From IMG/VR virus record IMGVR_UViG_3300023047_000002: a stretch of 64,000 nt of DNA. One strand, 5' to 3'. Shown in pieces: positions 63,799 through 64,000 of the stretch. The stretch's first letter is position 1. Every line of letters begins with the position of its first letter. A program made the position numbers and the translations under genes. The notes below the pieces were generated by a model. It was not told the origin of the DNA and made no database searches. It saw nothing but the letters and a program-made list of their open reading frames with translations. The DNA is from a virus (lineage: Duplodnaviria; Caudoviricetes).

Positions 63799-64000
63799 AT
63801 GGCGCAGTTACGTCTTGTTACAAACAAAGGGTTGCAGATGCTCGGCGAGGCAACAGGTGAAGATGTCATCATCTTCGCACGGGCGTATCTGTCAGAAGAA
63901 ACATTTACAGAAGAACAAATCTACGCTATGACTGTGGCATCAGGTGAACAGTCAACAGAACGTGTGTCTGCGAACTTTGTAAATGACAAATATATCGTCA
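63799..64000 (+). CDS. tail fibre-like protein N-terminus (truncated by the window end)
   Basis: GAGG RBS; MAQLRLVTNKGLQML resembles fibre anchoring domains; frame open to the end. Confidence 0.55.
   Translation, partial: MAQLRLVTNKGLQMLGEATGEDVIIFARAYLSEETFTEEQIYAMTVASGEQSTERVSANFVNDKYIV

Noticed and set aside
1-64000. CRISPR array, DGR, integrase, rRNA
   Set aside because: No regularly spaced repeats, reverse transcriptase, site-specific recombinase motifs or rRNA-like sequence were seen by eye

Overview
This is a 64 kb segment of a large tailed phage genome, probably a myovirus. It uses the standard genetic code, and the overlapping spanin pair points to a diderm host. From 1 to 45 kb (+ strand) is a replication, recombination and nucleotide-metabolism region. 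It encodes RecA/UvsX, a RuvC-like resolvase, HU, SbcC/SbcD-like subunits, a DnaN-like clamp, a DnaX-like clamp loader, a TOPRIM primase, thymidine kinase, a family A DNA polymerase with four inteins, a DnaB-like helicase, ThyX, NrdD/NrdG and a DNA methyltransferase, plus a tail fibre/chaperone pair. From 45 to 60 kb (- strand) are spanins, two paralogous fibre genes and baseplate/virion genes. From 60 to 64 kb (+ strand) are a membrane protein, a large unknown protein and the start of another fibre-like gene. The main unexplained signals are: (1) a ~610 nt highly structured candidate ncRNA at 12.1-12.7 kb; (2) an nrdD gene split by a homing endonuclease, with no recognisable intron or split intein at the break, whose halves carry oppositely charged extra tails; (3) a 13-copy promoter class TGGTGCT-N27/28-TAnnn(T) and a Mor/C-like activator gene that could read it; (4) further fractured genes (three-piece SbcC, primase domains 25 kb apart); (5) dispersed palindromes resembling IS200/IS605 ends. 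All family assignments come from motif recognition by eye; no database searches or folding programs were run.
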